NCBI RefSeq assembly: GCF_006345805.1
Contig: NC_043004.1
Coordinates: forward strand, 44,516,001 to 44,580,000
Reading direction: 5' to 3'
DNA from: Octopus sinensis
Lineage: Eukaryota
Length of the DNA stretch: 64,000 bases
The position numbers were made by a program, and so were the translations under genes. The first letter of the stretch is position 1. Each line of letters begins with the position of its first letter. The notes beneath the pieces are model-generated. The model saw only the letters and a list, made by a program, of their open reading frames with translations. It searched no databases and was not told the origin of the DNA. Shown in pieces: positions 26,900-40,304 of the stretch.

Positions 26900-27600
26900 T
26901 GCCATACATATTTTGGGATAATCATTGCTGGCCCTGCTTGTGAAACCCACCGTTTGCGCAATTTCCTCAACATCTTACTCAAACCATTTCTGAAATATGT
27001 GAAAAGCTTCATCAGGGGTGACTTAGACATGCTCAACAACCTCTCGAAGACAATAAATGAAGGAAACCTGCCAGTATCATAATCTATGCCATTAGCTGCT
27101 TAGGGTGCGGTATCATTATATTGGTCAAACAGAAATGTCTCTCCGTTGAAGGACAACACTTCACAAAGAACGAATCCGCTACTCACGATACAGACAGTTA
27201 CATGTCACCGAACACATAGAAAGGTGTGCGAGGAACCTTAATCCTAACTCCCAAATTTTCTCTATCTATCAATGTCCACAGAAAACCTCAGTTCCGCAAT
27301 GAAGGAATACAGAAGCAACTTTCATCAATAATTATTATCCACAACTCAACATGAACACACCACATAATACAGAACACTACTAACCTTACCATTAATACCA
27401 CTAATTCTCATAGATTCCATGCACCATTCATATTACAGTATTATATCTACCCTAATTGCACCACTCCCAGAACCGCTTACCTCCCTTGTATATAATATTT
27501 TTACTCAGGGACTTTTAGACTCGACACCGTTTGGTAATCGGTGCGTATTCAAAGCCAGTGAACAGCAATTGACGAAACCGGCATGACTTTGAATCTCTTT
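26900..27600 (+). mobile_element. Penelope-like element relic: RT N-part fused to GIY-YIG endonuclease, plus 3' pLTR
   Basis: IIAGPACETHRLRNFLNILLKPFLKYVKSFIRGDLDML (PLE RT) joined near 27078 to IYAISCLGCG..YIGQTEMSLR*RTTLHKERIR...EATFINNYYPQLN. Confidence 0.85.
27547..27594 (+). ncRNA. Degenerate hammerhead relic in the PLE 3' pLTR
   Basis: Perfect 8-bp outer stem I (AUUCAAAG/CUUUGAAU) and GAAACCGG are retained; the CUGANGA core is partly deleted. Confidence 0.45.
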
Positions 27601-27694
27601 AACAATTCAAAATAATGACTTATTTCCTTTTAATTCTACCTCATTTCATCTATTATATATATTTAATCGTCATAAAATTCCCTATACACACACA

Positions 27695-27727
<33 letters not shown>

Positions 27728-27731
27728 ATAT

Positions 27732-27777
<46 letters not shown>

Positions 27778-27884
27778 GTATATATTATATATATGTATGT
27801 ATGTATATATATATATATATGTATAGGTATATAATATATATGTATCTGTATATATATATATGTATATGTATATATGTATGTATG

Positions 27885-27922
<38 letters not shown>

Positions 27923-27958
27923 CATATATACACATATAGTATCTCATAGAGGTATATA

Positions 27959-28562
27959 CACTCCTAACAAATTTCAGTTAAATTGACATTACTTTGATAA
28001 TATAGAAGGAAATCAAACGAAATTTATTCCGAATAAAATATATTATACATGCAAACATTATTTGGAACACAAAGCAATAAGCGTTTTCAAAAATTTGAAC
28101 TAATTAACTAATTAACTTGTATCATAAGCCATTCTTCTGCATATCAAGAATAATTTTCTTCAAACCTCTAAACAATTCTTTTCCTTTTAGTGCCATTTTA
28201 ATGAAAATGTATATCTTCACCACTGTATACAAATCAGAATTCCTGCAGATGCAATAACAATGACCGGTGCAAAAATGTCAGAAGAACTAATATATTACAA
28301 TTAAAATCTTCAGCAATATCTGAATTTAGTAAAAAAAAAGTGGATAAAATATTGAGTGTAGCAAATTTCCTTCAGGGTCTACATATTTTTATAACGCTTG
28401 AAATTTAATATTTCGTTCATATCTTTGAAAATGTTTATCGTTCATTTCCAAATTTGTATAATGTTTGCATGTATAATATATTTTATTCAATATAAATTTC
28501 GTTTGATTTCCTTCGATATTTTTCAGAGCAATGGCAGTTTTAGTGAAGTTTTTTTCGGGGTG
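27959..28562. mobile_element. Tc1/mariner-type MITE (604 bp) with ~140-bp imperfect TIRs
   Basis: TA|CACTCCTAACAAATTTC... vs TA|CACCCCGAAAAAAACTTC... on the opposite strand; shared block gaaggaaatcaaacgaaattta...gaataaaatatattatacatgcaaacattat. Confidence 0.85.
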
Positions 28563-28755
28563 TACATATTTCTGCGAGATATTGTATAAAGACACAACAC
28601 ACAACAGACGCACACATGTATATGCGTATGTGCATATATATATTATATAGTGTTTGTGTGTGTGTATATATATATATATTGTGTATATATATATATATAT
28701 ATAATATATTATATATCTATTATATGTATGAATATGTGTATATATATATATAATA

Positions 28756-28803
<48 letters not shown>

Positions 28804-28809
28804 GTGTGT

Positions 28810-28985
28810 GTGCGTCTTGTGTTTGTCCCCATCATTGCTTGACGCTTGACAACCGGTGTAGATGTGTTTACGTCCCCATAAGTTAGCGGTTCGGCAAATG
28901 TGACGATAGAATAATCCTAGGCTTTAAAAGAAAGTCCCGTGATAGATTTATTCGACTAAAGTTCTTCAAAGTCGTCTTCCAGGGG
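28810..28985 (+). mobile_element. SINE type A, 3' half
   Basis: tgtttgtcccc...gttagcggttcggcaaa...gatagaataa as in 59860-60000. Confidence 0.75.
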
Positions 28986-31874
28986 AGATCTGCAGTAGAT
29001 TGGGTGGACCTTCATACTTAAGCATTTCTTGCAAATGACAATAAACATTTAGTTTGATTTTTGGTATTGCTTGTTTATAAAAAAATAGTTTTTGTCTGAA
29101 CTCTTGGCCTATTTTCTACCCTATATTTCATAATAGGAAGATTTCTCGAAGTATAATAGAAAAATTATCCAACCTATATAGTACGATACGATAGCTTGTC
29201 GTCATTCCTATTTTTTTGCTTCAATTATATATTTTATATTACGTTCTCACCTGCATTGCATAGAGGTCTTCTTATAAATATATTAGTTACATATTGCAAT
29301 GTTTCAAGCAAATTACAGTACTCTTTTTTCATTTTCATGAATGTTCAGAAGATTAATGACCTTTGCCACACCGATTTTCCTTACACATATTACAGGGAAG
29401 CACAAACATTCTCAAGTGATGTCACTTTGAGTTCAAAAACTTATGAAACTCACCCATTTCGTTCTCCAGTATCTCCTACTAAATGCATAATCACCTCAAG
29501 CTTCTCCTTCGTTATTTAGTAGGAACTGGCAGAGTGAGTACGTTATACTAACAATTCATTTGGGCAGTTTTGTACTTCTACGTACTTACTACTGGATTCA
29601 CCAGTAGAGTTAGTATCAATCTCTGAGCAAATTTTATTTCCTTTCGACCTTTAAACTTGGTAGAATGCTTCCGCAATATTACAATTTCATAAAATCAGAA
29701 AACAGGCTACCATAATAAAATCAAACTGAAGAATAACTCTCAAGTATTGGTTACTTAATAGTGAATTGTATTTTATTTTCCTGTCTTCAGACATATGTAC
29801 AAGTTTGATGTGACACATGTGTGAACTCTTGGCTTCTCAGAAATCAAGTATTCTTTAAACGCATTTCAGCAGATCATTTTATTGTATATTTACCTGTCTC
29901 TAGATTATAAAATATAAATCACACATCACTGTCCATTGAAAGAACCATCATACTTGACCTTCATGAATAGCTGATGACAACATATTGTGATTTTCCTTAA
30001 AATACTTTTCCATCCTCTGTAGATGTTGACATTAAATATTGATTTCGGTTTGCTAAGAAAACAGTAAACTTGCACAGGGTATATTTTAGAGGATATAGTC
30101 TCGTTAATCAATGCAAGTCTCTTATCATATTGCTCATACTTATTTTATTGATTTTTAGAAGAAAACGTTGTTTTCTCTTGAACTTAGAAACGTGGGTGAC
30201 GGAACTACTGCATTATCAATAATTTGGTTCTGGTTTTTACTCTCAGTAATTAGAATACTTAAGATTTGTTCAAAACCGGCGGGCATTGATAAGATGACAG
30301 AAGTAGCAGAACGCCAGCTTGATTTGCTTTGCAATGAATGATAATTTTATTATCTAATTTTGGAGAGATGAAAGGTAAAGTGGATCTTGGACAGATCCGA
30401 GGATTTAACCAAAGAGAAGAAAAAAGACTTAACCTAAGCTATAAGTTAAATGTGCTTACTTTATTCTGTCAACCACTACTTTTGCAATGATAAATAGGCT
30501 GGTGATTTATACTATGTTTACTTCGTTTTACCTCCCAACCCCTGCTTCAACTGAATCATTTTCGCCATTTTGAACGTAGATATTCTACATTCACAAACCT
30601 AAGAAGTTGTGAGTGTTACAGACATCGATAAAGCTGACTTAACTACTTAACAACTACACTGTAAGGCTGAATACTCCACAAGATTTGAACTTTTGTTAAT
30701 TAGTATATCACTATTATCAGGCGATAAACCATAAGAGTATAAGCATTTTAGTATAATTTTTGTTTCTCTATATTTCTGTCTCAAATCCCAGAACATCATC
30801 CTAGTCTCTCTTTTTTGGGGAGTTTTTATTACCTGTTCATTGATATCTATCTAATATCATATATTCATACCACAATAGAAGTTGATTTCTATCATTGTTA
30901 CAATGTCGCAAGTTTTGCTGTAACCTACCGTTGATCTATTCAATTCGTACTTGATTGGTGCTTAGTTTATCGTTCTCAGAAAGATGAAATATAAATTTCA
31001 TATGTGCGAGATTTTAATTCAGAATGTTAAAGGAAGTAACTATTTTAGCGCAAGACATTTCTTCCAATTACACCATTTCACTGCATTTTGTGAGATTTTG
31101 GCATACTGCGAAGTTAAATAATATTTGTATTAATTACATTAAAAGTGGTTTAAAACTAGACTTAAAAGGCCTGCAACCAAGCTTCGCTTCGTAGTTTCTC
31201 ACGATTAGACATATATATTCATCACACAGCTTATGTATTTCAAAGGACATGACCAGTCCACCTGTTCGTTTCATATTATCTAAAATATAATGAAGCTGTT
31301 ATTGAGACCAAAGTAAAAAATCTGGTTTGCTTGATTTTGCTAAGAAATTATTTCTAGAATTTCAGTAAAGTCAAAGAATTTCTGGTTGAAATAAAGTCAT
31401 TTAGACGGACAAAACCTGGGTTGAATTGATCGTTACATTATTTTATTGAACCCAAAAGTATTGAAGTCAAACCTCACTGTCGTAGGGGAAGTATTAATAT
31501 CTAAATATACCAAGGTATTCTCTCCAACGCTTTCATCTTTCTGACAAACAATAAATAACTTCATAGTAGCAATAAGAATAACATCATAAAATCGTAATAA
31601 AATCGCACTACGTATCTAGCATTTATCTGAATTAAATTGAGAGCGAGAGAAAGCAACAGGGTGCAGGACACGTCAAAGATCTTAATCATAATCTCAAAAA
31701 AACGTCCATCTAATCAAGTTATACTAGGCAAAATATATCCATGATCATTCATACCTTACGAAAGGAATAATTCCTCATCTCGATAACAATAGAACGCTAC
31801 ATAGCTTTATGAATTTGTAGGATTGTGCATCTTTAACAAACTTTGAAAGAGACTCTGCATTGCAAATTTCGATC

Positions 31875-31920
<46 letters not shown>

Positions 31921-31924
31921 TCAT

Positions 31925-32108
31925 CATGATAGATCGTTAACCACTACACACCTTTTTTCTTCTCCTTGTTTCTCTCCTTCATTTTTCTGTGTCCATTTCT
32001 GTAGAAGAGCGTAGGCTCGAAACGTAAAAGACTTTTTCTATTCCTGATACATCTGTTTGTTTTGTACACCACCTGTCTTCGTCTTTTGTTTTTTCGTAAA
32101 CTCTCCCC
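31925..32108 (+). mobile_element. Hammerhead-bearing mini-element, family H2
   Basis: Same ends as the other H2 copies; (TA)n on both sides. Confidence 0.88.
31996..32030 (+). ncRNA. Minimal type I hammerhead motif (A6U variant)
   Basis: UUU-CUGUAGA-A-GAGC-GUAG-GCUC-GAAA-C-GUA-AAAG: perfect stem II, palindromic ACGU helix III, predicted cut after 32026. Confidence 0.75.
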
Positions 32109-32123
32109 ATATATATATATATA

Positions 32124-32156
<33 letters not shown>

Positions 32157-32689
32157 GTGTGTGTGTGTATGTATGTTATGTATGTATGAATGTATATAAG
32201 ACTTTATAAGACTTGCTGAATCCGCCTTTTAATAAGACCCTTGGAACATATGTATATATTCAAACATCCATATAGACGCCTCACCACTTCACGGTCCAAA
32301 TATATATGGAATTTAAAAGATGATATAACGACCACGACTGAAATATTTGGTTCATTTTAGTATGACCCTACGTTTGTATTCATGGTTCTTGAAGAAGCAA
32401 TCATTGGTTATTTGAAATACTATACATACCCTTACATCATTTTAAACAGTAAAATAACACATTGCAAGAGGTCAGTTCTTGCATACATTTCCATCGGGGT
32501 TTTCATAACTTTAAAAATAATTTGTAATACTTTCAATAAGTTTTGATAATATTTTCATAACTATTGAGGAACTTACGACTTCTAATTGACATAAATAGCT
32601 TATTTCCTTAAAATATTGGTATTCCATTTGTCATGCTATATATATATATTGCTTTTAGTATGTGACCTCGTCTGTATCACTAGCGATTT

Positions 32690-32863
32690 TTTTCACCTTT
32701 CTTCCCTTCTCGGGATCTTTCTTTCTCCAATGTTTCCGACGAAGAGCTCCGCTCGAAACGTCAAACCCTCCTTCTTCCCTTCTTTCCTGAGCGTCCAGTA
32801 ATACTTTATTTGTTCCACGTCCTTGCGTTGTTGTTTTTTTGTTTTTGTCTTCTTGTTTGGATC

Positions 32864-32866
<3 letters not shown>
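32690..32866 (+). mobile_element. Hammerhead-bearing mini-element, family H1
   Basis: 3' end ggatcaac directly followed by (TA)n. Confidence 0.88.
32732..32766 (+). ncRNA. Minimal type I hammerhead ribozyme motif (U4C variant); best-preserved H1 copy
   Basis: GUUU-CCGACGA-A-GAGC-UCC-GCUC-GAAA-C-GUC-AAAC: 4-bp stem I, 4-bp stem II, palindromic ACGU helix III, GUC triplet at 32760-32762. Confidence 0.8.
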
Positions 32867-32911
<45 letters not shown>

Positions 32912-32914
32912 ATA

Positions 32915-32949
<35 letters not shown>

Positions 32950-33831
32950 GGTATTGGGTTTCCATGAGCCTGTATCTGAATAACTAACTTTATTACTTGT
33001 GCGTAGATAACACATATAATACTGATTATATTAAAATATCATGTGCACTTGCCTGTACATGAATGAATACGTCACGAATATGACAACTAAATGAATAAAT
33101 GTGAAGCAGCGTTTCAAGTGAAGAAATATTTTCGGTATTTTGCGAATATTTTTATTTACACTCTATCACAATGCATGTTTCTTCAGTCGTTTGAGTAACT
33201 GACAACGTGAAACAACAGATTCACCAATCTTTGGTTTCTCATAAAATACACATATATGTGTATGCTTTTGCGTGAATGTGCATGTGTTTATGTGAATATA
33301 TATACATTTAACTTTTCCTTTGTAGAAAAAAATGATATTGTATTGTGGCTTGTGATTTTTATTTTGTCTATTTCTATAATTTATCTTACAATTCGCGTGC
33401 GTTATTCCATTTTATCATTATATAGACTCTATTACTCACTATATTTTATTTATATTCTCATTGTTATTATCATTATTTTCAGAGACGAATACTTCCCAAT
33501 AGTATTTCATGTATTTCATTCCAGTTCAACTTAAGTTTGTTCTATTATACTTGTTGTTATACTTGATTTTTTTTTGGTTCATTCTCAGGTTGTGAAATTT
33601 AGAAAAAAAAAGCACACACACACACACACACACATACATACATACATACAAATATATATATATATATATTTATGACCCGGGGGCTGGTATGCAGACGACT
33701 TATATAATTATCTGATATTTATGCTGCTCCTCAAATTCAATTACTTGACTTGCCTACAAGCGTTGAACTATACACCCGGTGTACATGATGTTACATATAT
33801 ATGTACACATATATATATATATATATATATA

Positions 33832-33916
<85 letters not shown>

Positions 33917-34230
33917 TATATATATATTACATAAGTATGTATGTATGCACCACACTACCTTACTCGTACACTCTATAAGTGTCATATCTTTGGTAAGTAT
34001 ATAATTGGAGGTCACCATGAAGTTAATATAGAAGACAGAAAATATAGAAAAGTTGAGACATAATAAAGAAAATATCAATATTAAAAAAGTAATGGAATAT
34101 ATATATGTATATATATGTAATATGTATATGCATATATATATATATATATATATGTGTGTATATGTATGTATGCATGTATGTATGTATGTATATATATATA
34201 TATTATATATATATATATATAATATATATA

Positions 34231-34328
<98 letters not shown>

Positions 34329-34570
34329 TGTATGTATGTATAGCATGTATAAATGTATATAATCCCAATAATAAGACAAAGAAGGAATATTTTATATTTC
34401 GCTAAACCCACAGAACGGATTTACAGTCAAGAAAACAGTATTTTCTACATCTCAACAATTCCGATATTAGTCTGGATTCCGACAGTGTAGATAGCCTAAA
34501 GCTCTGGTTGTATACTACATCGGAAATAGCCTATTTTTCCACCCTACCAGAACCTATGTATGTATAGTTG

Positions 34571-34633
<63 letters not shown>

Positions 34634-34771
34634 CACACATATTACATGTATATATGAATATATATTTATAATATATATGCATACACGCATATATATATAT
34701 ATATAAATAGATATTTATATATATAGATATATATATATATATACACACATACATATATATATATATATATA

Positions 34772-34829
<58 letters not shown>

Positions 34830-35740
34830 CATAAATGTTTGCTTGTAGTAGTTCTTTAAGCACTGCTGACATTCCAAATGATATAATGAATAAAAATGCA
34901 CTCAATATAGGAGGAATATATTGATAGCCGTATACTTTTGATCAGTCAGTAATGTCATGCCCATGCATAAGTCACAGAACTGACTGATTTTGTTTAACTA
35001 GAGTTAGTTGGCCCCGAAAATTGCTTTCCGCAGCAAAGAACATTAATATTCAGCTACAACTTCTTTTGAGACCCTTGGAAAATTTGGTGATCAAGGTTTA
35101 GGGCACTGGTTTGGAATCGGGGTCCTTATGATACCCGTAGTTCCCTGAAATAGTTTTGGGGGGTTACACAAGGAACTAATAAATTACACAAGAAGCTAAT
35201 AAATCAGTTGTGTCCAAGAGAGGCGGCGCTTCGTATCAATTCTACTGTCTTCATGGTTTCGGGCAACATACCCTTGCATAATCTCTTTTGTGCATGCTCA
35301 GTTCTTTCCATCAAGGTCTTCTCGGAGGTAAGAGAGCCTAGCTTTTATGGGGGGCTGTATTGGAGATCATCAGGAAGAGAGTGCTTCTTTAGGAATTCAC
35401 TGTCCAGTCGTACAATTTTGCTCACATCACTTTTTAGCACTGCATTTATATATTTATTTTTGCTGCTGTTGTTCAGTAGTATGTATGTATAAATGTATGT
35501 ATATATGAATGTATGTATGTATTTTTGTATGTATGTATATATCTATGTATGTATTGTTATTTTAAAATGTTATCTAAGTTCTTGAAAGACCTCAAGCCGG
35601 TCAGTAACAAAACATGACTTTTATAGTGAAGAGAGCTTCTGCAGGTGTAAATATGTCCTTGAGTTGGTGTGTTAGTTGAACTGTCGATGCATACACTCAA
35701 GTGTGCGCATCTAATCACATACGAATTTCAGGTGGAGAAT

Positions 35741-36360
35741 TACTCTTTACTCTCTTTTACTCTTTTACTTGTTTCAGTCATTTGACTGCAGCCATGCTGG
35801 AGCACCGCTTTTAGTCGAGCAAATCGACCCCTTGGACTTATTCTTTGTAAACCTAGTACTTATTCTAGTGGAGGCGCAATGGCCCAGTGATTAGGGCAGC
35901 GGACTCGCGGTCATAGGATCGCGGTTTCGATTCCCAGACCGAGCGTTGTGAATGTTTATTGAGCGAAAACACGTAAAGCTCCACGACGCTCCGGCAGGGG
36001 ATGGTGGTGATCCCTGCTGTACTCTTTCACCACAACTTTCTCTCACTCTTAATTCCTGTTTCTGTTGTACCTGTATTTCAAAGGGCCGGCCTTGTCACTC
36101 TCTGTGTCACGCTGAATATCCCTGAGAACTACGTTAAGGGTGCACGTGTCTGTGGAGTGCTCAGCCATTTACACGTTAATTTCACGAGCAGGCTGTTCCG
36201 TTGATTCGGATCAACCGGAACCCTCGTCGTCGTAACCGACGGAGTGCTTCCCCAGTACTTATTCTATCGGACTCTTTTTGCCGAACCGCTAAGTTGCGGG
36301 GACATGAACACACCAGCATCGGTTGTCAAGCGATGTTGGGAGGACAAACACAGACACACA

Positions 36361-36414
<54 letters not shown>

Positions 36415-36579
36415 TACGACAGGCTTCTTTCAGTTTCCGTCTACCAAATCCACTCATAAGTCTTTGGTCGGCCCGATGCTATAGTAGAAGACACTTGCCC
36501 AAAGTGTCTCGCAGTGGGACTGAACCCGGAACCATGTGGTTGGTAAGCAAACTACTTACCACACAGCCACTCCTGCGTC
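35741..36579 (-). mobile_element. SINE type A interrupted by a type C SINE
   Basis: Tail at 35741-35867 and the remainder at 36253-36579 join into a complete type A copy. Confidence 0.9.
35868..36252 (+). mobile_element. Full-length tRNA-derived SINE head type C (tail T1) with 13-bp TSD
   Basis: A box tggcccagtgg and B box ggtttcgattccc; TSD agtacttattcta at 35855-35867 and 36253-36265. Confidence 0.93.
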
Positions 36580-37194
36580 TATAATTCTTGAAATTTCTTG
36601 CAAATTTTCAATTTCAATAATAGATTGGGTTTGGAGAAACCGTGATTCTTTTTAATTTTTTACTTTCTCCGAGAAACTGAGTATTTCTAGTTTTATGTAC
36701 AAATTTGTAGCTACATAACTTAATGAACCTATGATGTTAGGTACAAATGAGAATTCATAGTCAGGTTACAAGAGCTGTAAGGTCCGCATATACACGTAGC
36801 TCTGTACGTATGGATGTGCGTATATGTGTGTATGTGTGTGTATCTATATATATATGTGTACACATGCATGCGTACGTACATATGAATTATACATATACAC
36901 ACAAACACACATTTATACACATGAACACATAGACAAAGAAAATGTGGACAGCGACATAGAAGCTTTGTCGATCGTAACCCCCATCAAGTTATAATTTGGA
37001 AGATGAGGGTAAAGATTATTTTAAAACTTTTGCCTTATCATTTAGGTGTGGCTTGGTGCTTGTAATGTATGCGTTGTTTAATAAAGTATTTTGAGACGTG
37101 AATTACAATTTTCGAGTGGGTGAGCATGGAATAGCATTTTCATATGTATACACGTATATTAACGTATGGTACAAGACTATGCAGTAGATGTGTA

Positions 37195-37650
37195 TAGAAG
37201 AAGAAGAAGAAGAAGAAGAGGAAGGAGGAGGAGGAAGAGGAACAAGAGCAGGAGGAGGATGAGGGTAGGAGGAGGACGAGGAGAAGAAGAAGAAGAAGAA
37301 GAAGAAGAAGAATGAGGGGTGGGATGAGGAGGGGGAGAAGAAGCAGAAGTAGAAGAAGAAGAAGAAGAAGGAAAAGAAGAAGAAGAAGGAGAAGAAGGAG
37401 AAGAAGAAGAAGAAGGAGGAGGAGAAGAAGAAGAAGAAGAAGAAGAAGTAGAAGAAGAAGAAGAAGGAGAAGAAAGAAGAAGAAGAAGAAAGAAGAAGAA
37501 GGAGGAGGAGAAGAAGAAGAAGAAGCAGAAGAAGAAGAAGAAGAAGAAGAAGAAAAAGAAGAAAAAGAAGAAGGAGGAGGAGGAAAATAAGACGACGACA
37601 ACGACGAAGAAGAAGAAGAAGAAGATGATGATGATGATGATGAAGAAGAA
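37195..37650. repeat. ~450-bp (GAA/GGA)n polypurine tract ending in GAC/GAT repeats
   Basis: Direct reading; source of the poly-R/E and poly-L ORFs. Confidence 0.95.
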
Positions 37651-38391
37651 GCTACATACACACTAAGCCAAACTTCAAAGTCACTGTCAACAATTTCCTT
37701 TTAACGATAAACATGATATTCAATTCAAATATATTGAGTGATCCTTCAACAGAAGAGAGAAAATGTTGCAAGTTGTTATAAAAGCAGGAACAGACGTGGT
37801 AAAAAAAAGCAATATAATAGTTATTTTCGTTTTTTTTTTTAATTCACCAAATCGTAATAGACTATTACTAATTTGTGTTAAATTTTCCTTGGTTATTTCT
37901 TTCTTTCTTTATTTATTTTCTTATTTATTTATTCATATTATGTCTGCAGCTGGCTATGTCTCACTTATACAAATGTAAGTGTTTAACATTATCACCAATT
38001 TTCTTGATTCTCCAGAATCTATTGCAGAAATAAGATTCTGAAACACCTTTCCTAGACAAAATATTGAGTTGGGAAGTATGTTTTCTTCTTTTTTCCTTTT
38101 TTTCTTTCTCGGTAATTTTTTTTTTTTCTCATTCAGTTATTCGCGTTTTCTTTAGTTCCAGCAAAGCGGAATTCTAAATTGGTATGGTAAAGAATAATGG
38201 AGAAAGGAAAACAGTTATTTTCATTTCTAGTATATCTCTAAGTCTTCATTACTGAGATAAACTAACGGATACATAGTATAACCTATAACCACATACCTAC
38301 ATATATGTGTGTGTATATATAAGTATATATATATATACATATATACATATATAAGTACATATATACATACATATATATATTATTATATATG

Positions 38392-38424
<33 letters not shown>

Positions 38425-38774
38425 GTATATATATATGCATATATATGTATATAAATAAATATTATATATATGTGTGTCTATGTGTGTGTATATATATATA
38501 TATACATATAGATATATATATTGTATGTTATATGTACTTATATATGTATATATGTACATATATATACATATATGTACTATATATATATATAATATATATA
38601 TATACATATATACATGTATATATATATACATATATGTATATATATATACATATTATACACACACATATATGTAGGTATGTAGGTGTATATATAATATATA
38701 TATATATATTATATATATATATATATACACCCACACACATAAAGAGAGAGGGAGAAAGAGAGAGAGAGAGAGAA

Positions 38775-40200
38775 TAGCAGGATGACCTACTTCCTCGGAC
38801 AATTGGATACCTCTGAATGTCCAAGGAGACATTTATCTTCTTTTCACGTCGACAAATCATATGAGAGCTACATCAAAGTGTAACATGTAACATTCTTCAA
38901 GTCACCAAGCCCACCAACAAAACTGGTGGTTCCAAGGCCTAGAACTAATGATTCAAGCATCCCAACAGGACCTTGAATCGCTGCAAGGCCTGATCAAACT
39001 GCCAGATAGGATAGCGATTCACGTCATGGTGGAGGGGCGCAGACCCAGATGCTACAAATGTGGGCAGAAGGGCCATACTCTTGTAACCTGCCCACTGGAA
39101 TCCTCTGTAGTGAGCCTCTTGCCACCAAACGAGCAACCTCGGCACAGCAAAACAAAACCAGCACAGACTTAGACTCAAGTCGCCTCAACTCCGGATTATC
39201 AGGCCAAGGCCAGGCTTAGCGCGGATGAACCAGAATAATCTACAGCAGTCTCAGCTCCAGCAGCAAAAATCTAAGGAGACGCCCGCGGGAGAAAATGCAC
39301 TTCCAGATCACTCACCAGCGCCAGTTCAGCAAAGGATAAGCAAAACACAAAAGGAAACCCCTACATCAGATGCGAACTCAGCTACCACCAACTCCGAATG
39401 GAAGGAGGCCCCCCAAAAAGAGAATAGAATAAGAAAGAACACTTCCCTGACACCCCTCCACACCACAGGCACACATATTTTTGGGGGAGCCTACTGGCTA
39501 TAATCTGCAACTGGCGGCAGAACAGGAGTATTGCTAGCTTTGTGAACCGAGGGGCAGTGGTACTGCTAAGGAAGGCACCAAACAAGGGGAATGTAATTCA
39601 CAATTCAAGCCCATCACTCTAATGCAGAGCTGAAGATTTCGGCCAGTTGCTAGTTAAGGGATTGGCGCTTGTCGTTGATAAACTAGGTGAGGAGGCACAA
39701 AGTTGCGCCATCCCAAATAGAATCATCAGCGACAACCTCCAATTCATGAGCTACACCATTATGGGGGTAATAAATAATCCTGGCATGGGATGGGCACTGA
39801 TCCATTTACATCAATTAGAAGCGCTATATGACGGCAGTTCTCGAGGCGGCCGGGTTTGTCCCGACCTTCCGCGGTTAGATCACCGCCTTATACAGCAACA
39901 TTCAGTCGATAGTCCGGGTGAACGGTTATCTATCAGAGTCGTTCTGTATTGTACGCTTGGTCCGCCAAGGATACCCTCATGGTTTATGGGGTTTCCACCT
40001 CCAGCCCAATAGGCTTCTCCTTTTGGAGTATCACCGTGTTATTCTCATCTATATTTAAAATTTCTAAACTTCACACTTGTTACCACTGCTTGCACGCCAT
40101 CACTTTGTTATTTCATTTCGTTATCGATGATATGTATGACCACCACCCTGTCTGTCCTGTACTATGTAAAGCTTTTAGTGGTCAATAAAGAATTGAATTT
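38775..40200 (+). mobile_element. L1/Tx1-clade LINE, internally deleted
   Basis: ORF1 zinc knuckle CYKCGQKGHTLVTC (C-X2-C-X4-H-X4-C); RT motifs LNAELKI...LALVVDKL...CAIPNRIISDNL and AVLEAAGF...IVRVNGYLS...VRQG at 39600-39980; probable 3' UTR ending aataaa near 40185. Confidence 0.85.
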
Positions 40201-40304
40201 CTTGCCGAAAAACCACTCAGATGATTTTTTGATTGTGATCAAATGTTTGTATACACATGAGCTGACTTCCTCCATCAAATCGACATTATTAGTAGAGGTG
40301 CACC

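Noticed and set aside
28100-28600. Minus-strand frame that looked like a membrane protein
   Set aside because: It lies within a TIR-bounded MITE (27959-28562) and has several stops.
35868-35945. tRNA gene call for the SINE heads
   Set aside because: A and B boxes are present, but each head continues into a SINE body and tail and lacks a clean cloverleaf or terminator.
37140-37661. Poly-L/S and poly-R/E ORFs
   Set aside because: Artefacts of the GAA/GGA repeat.
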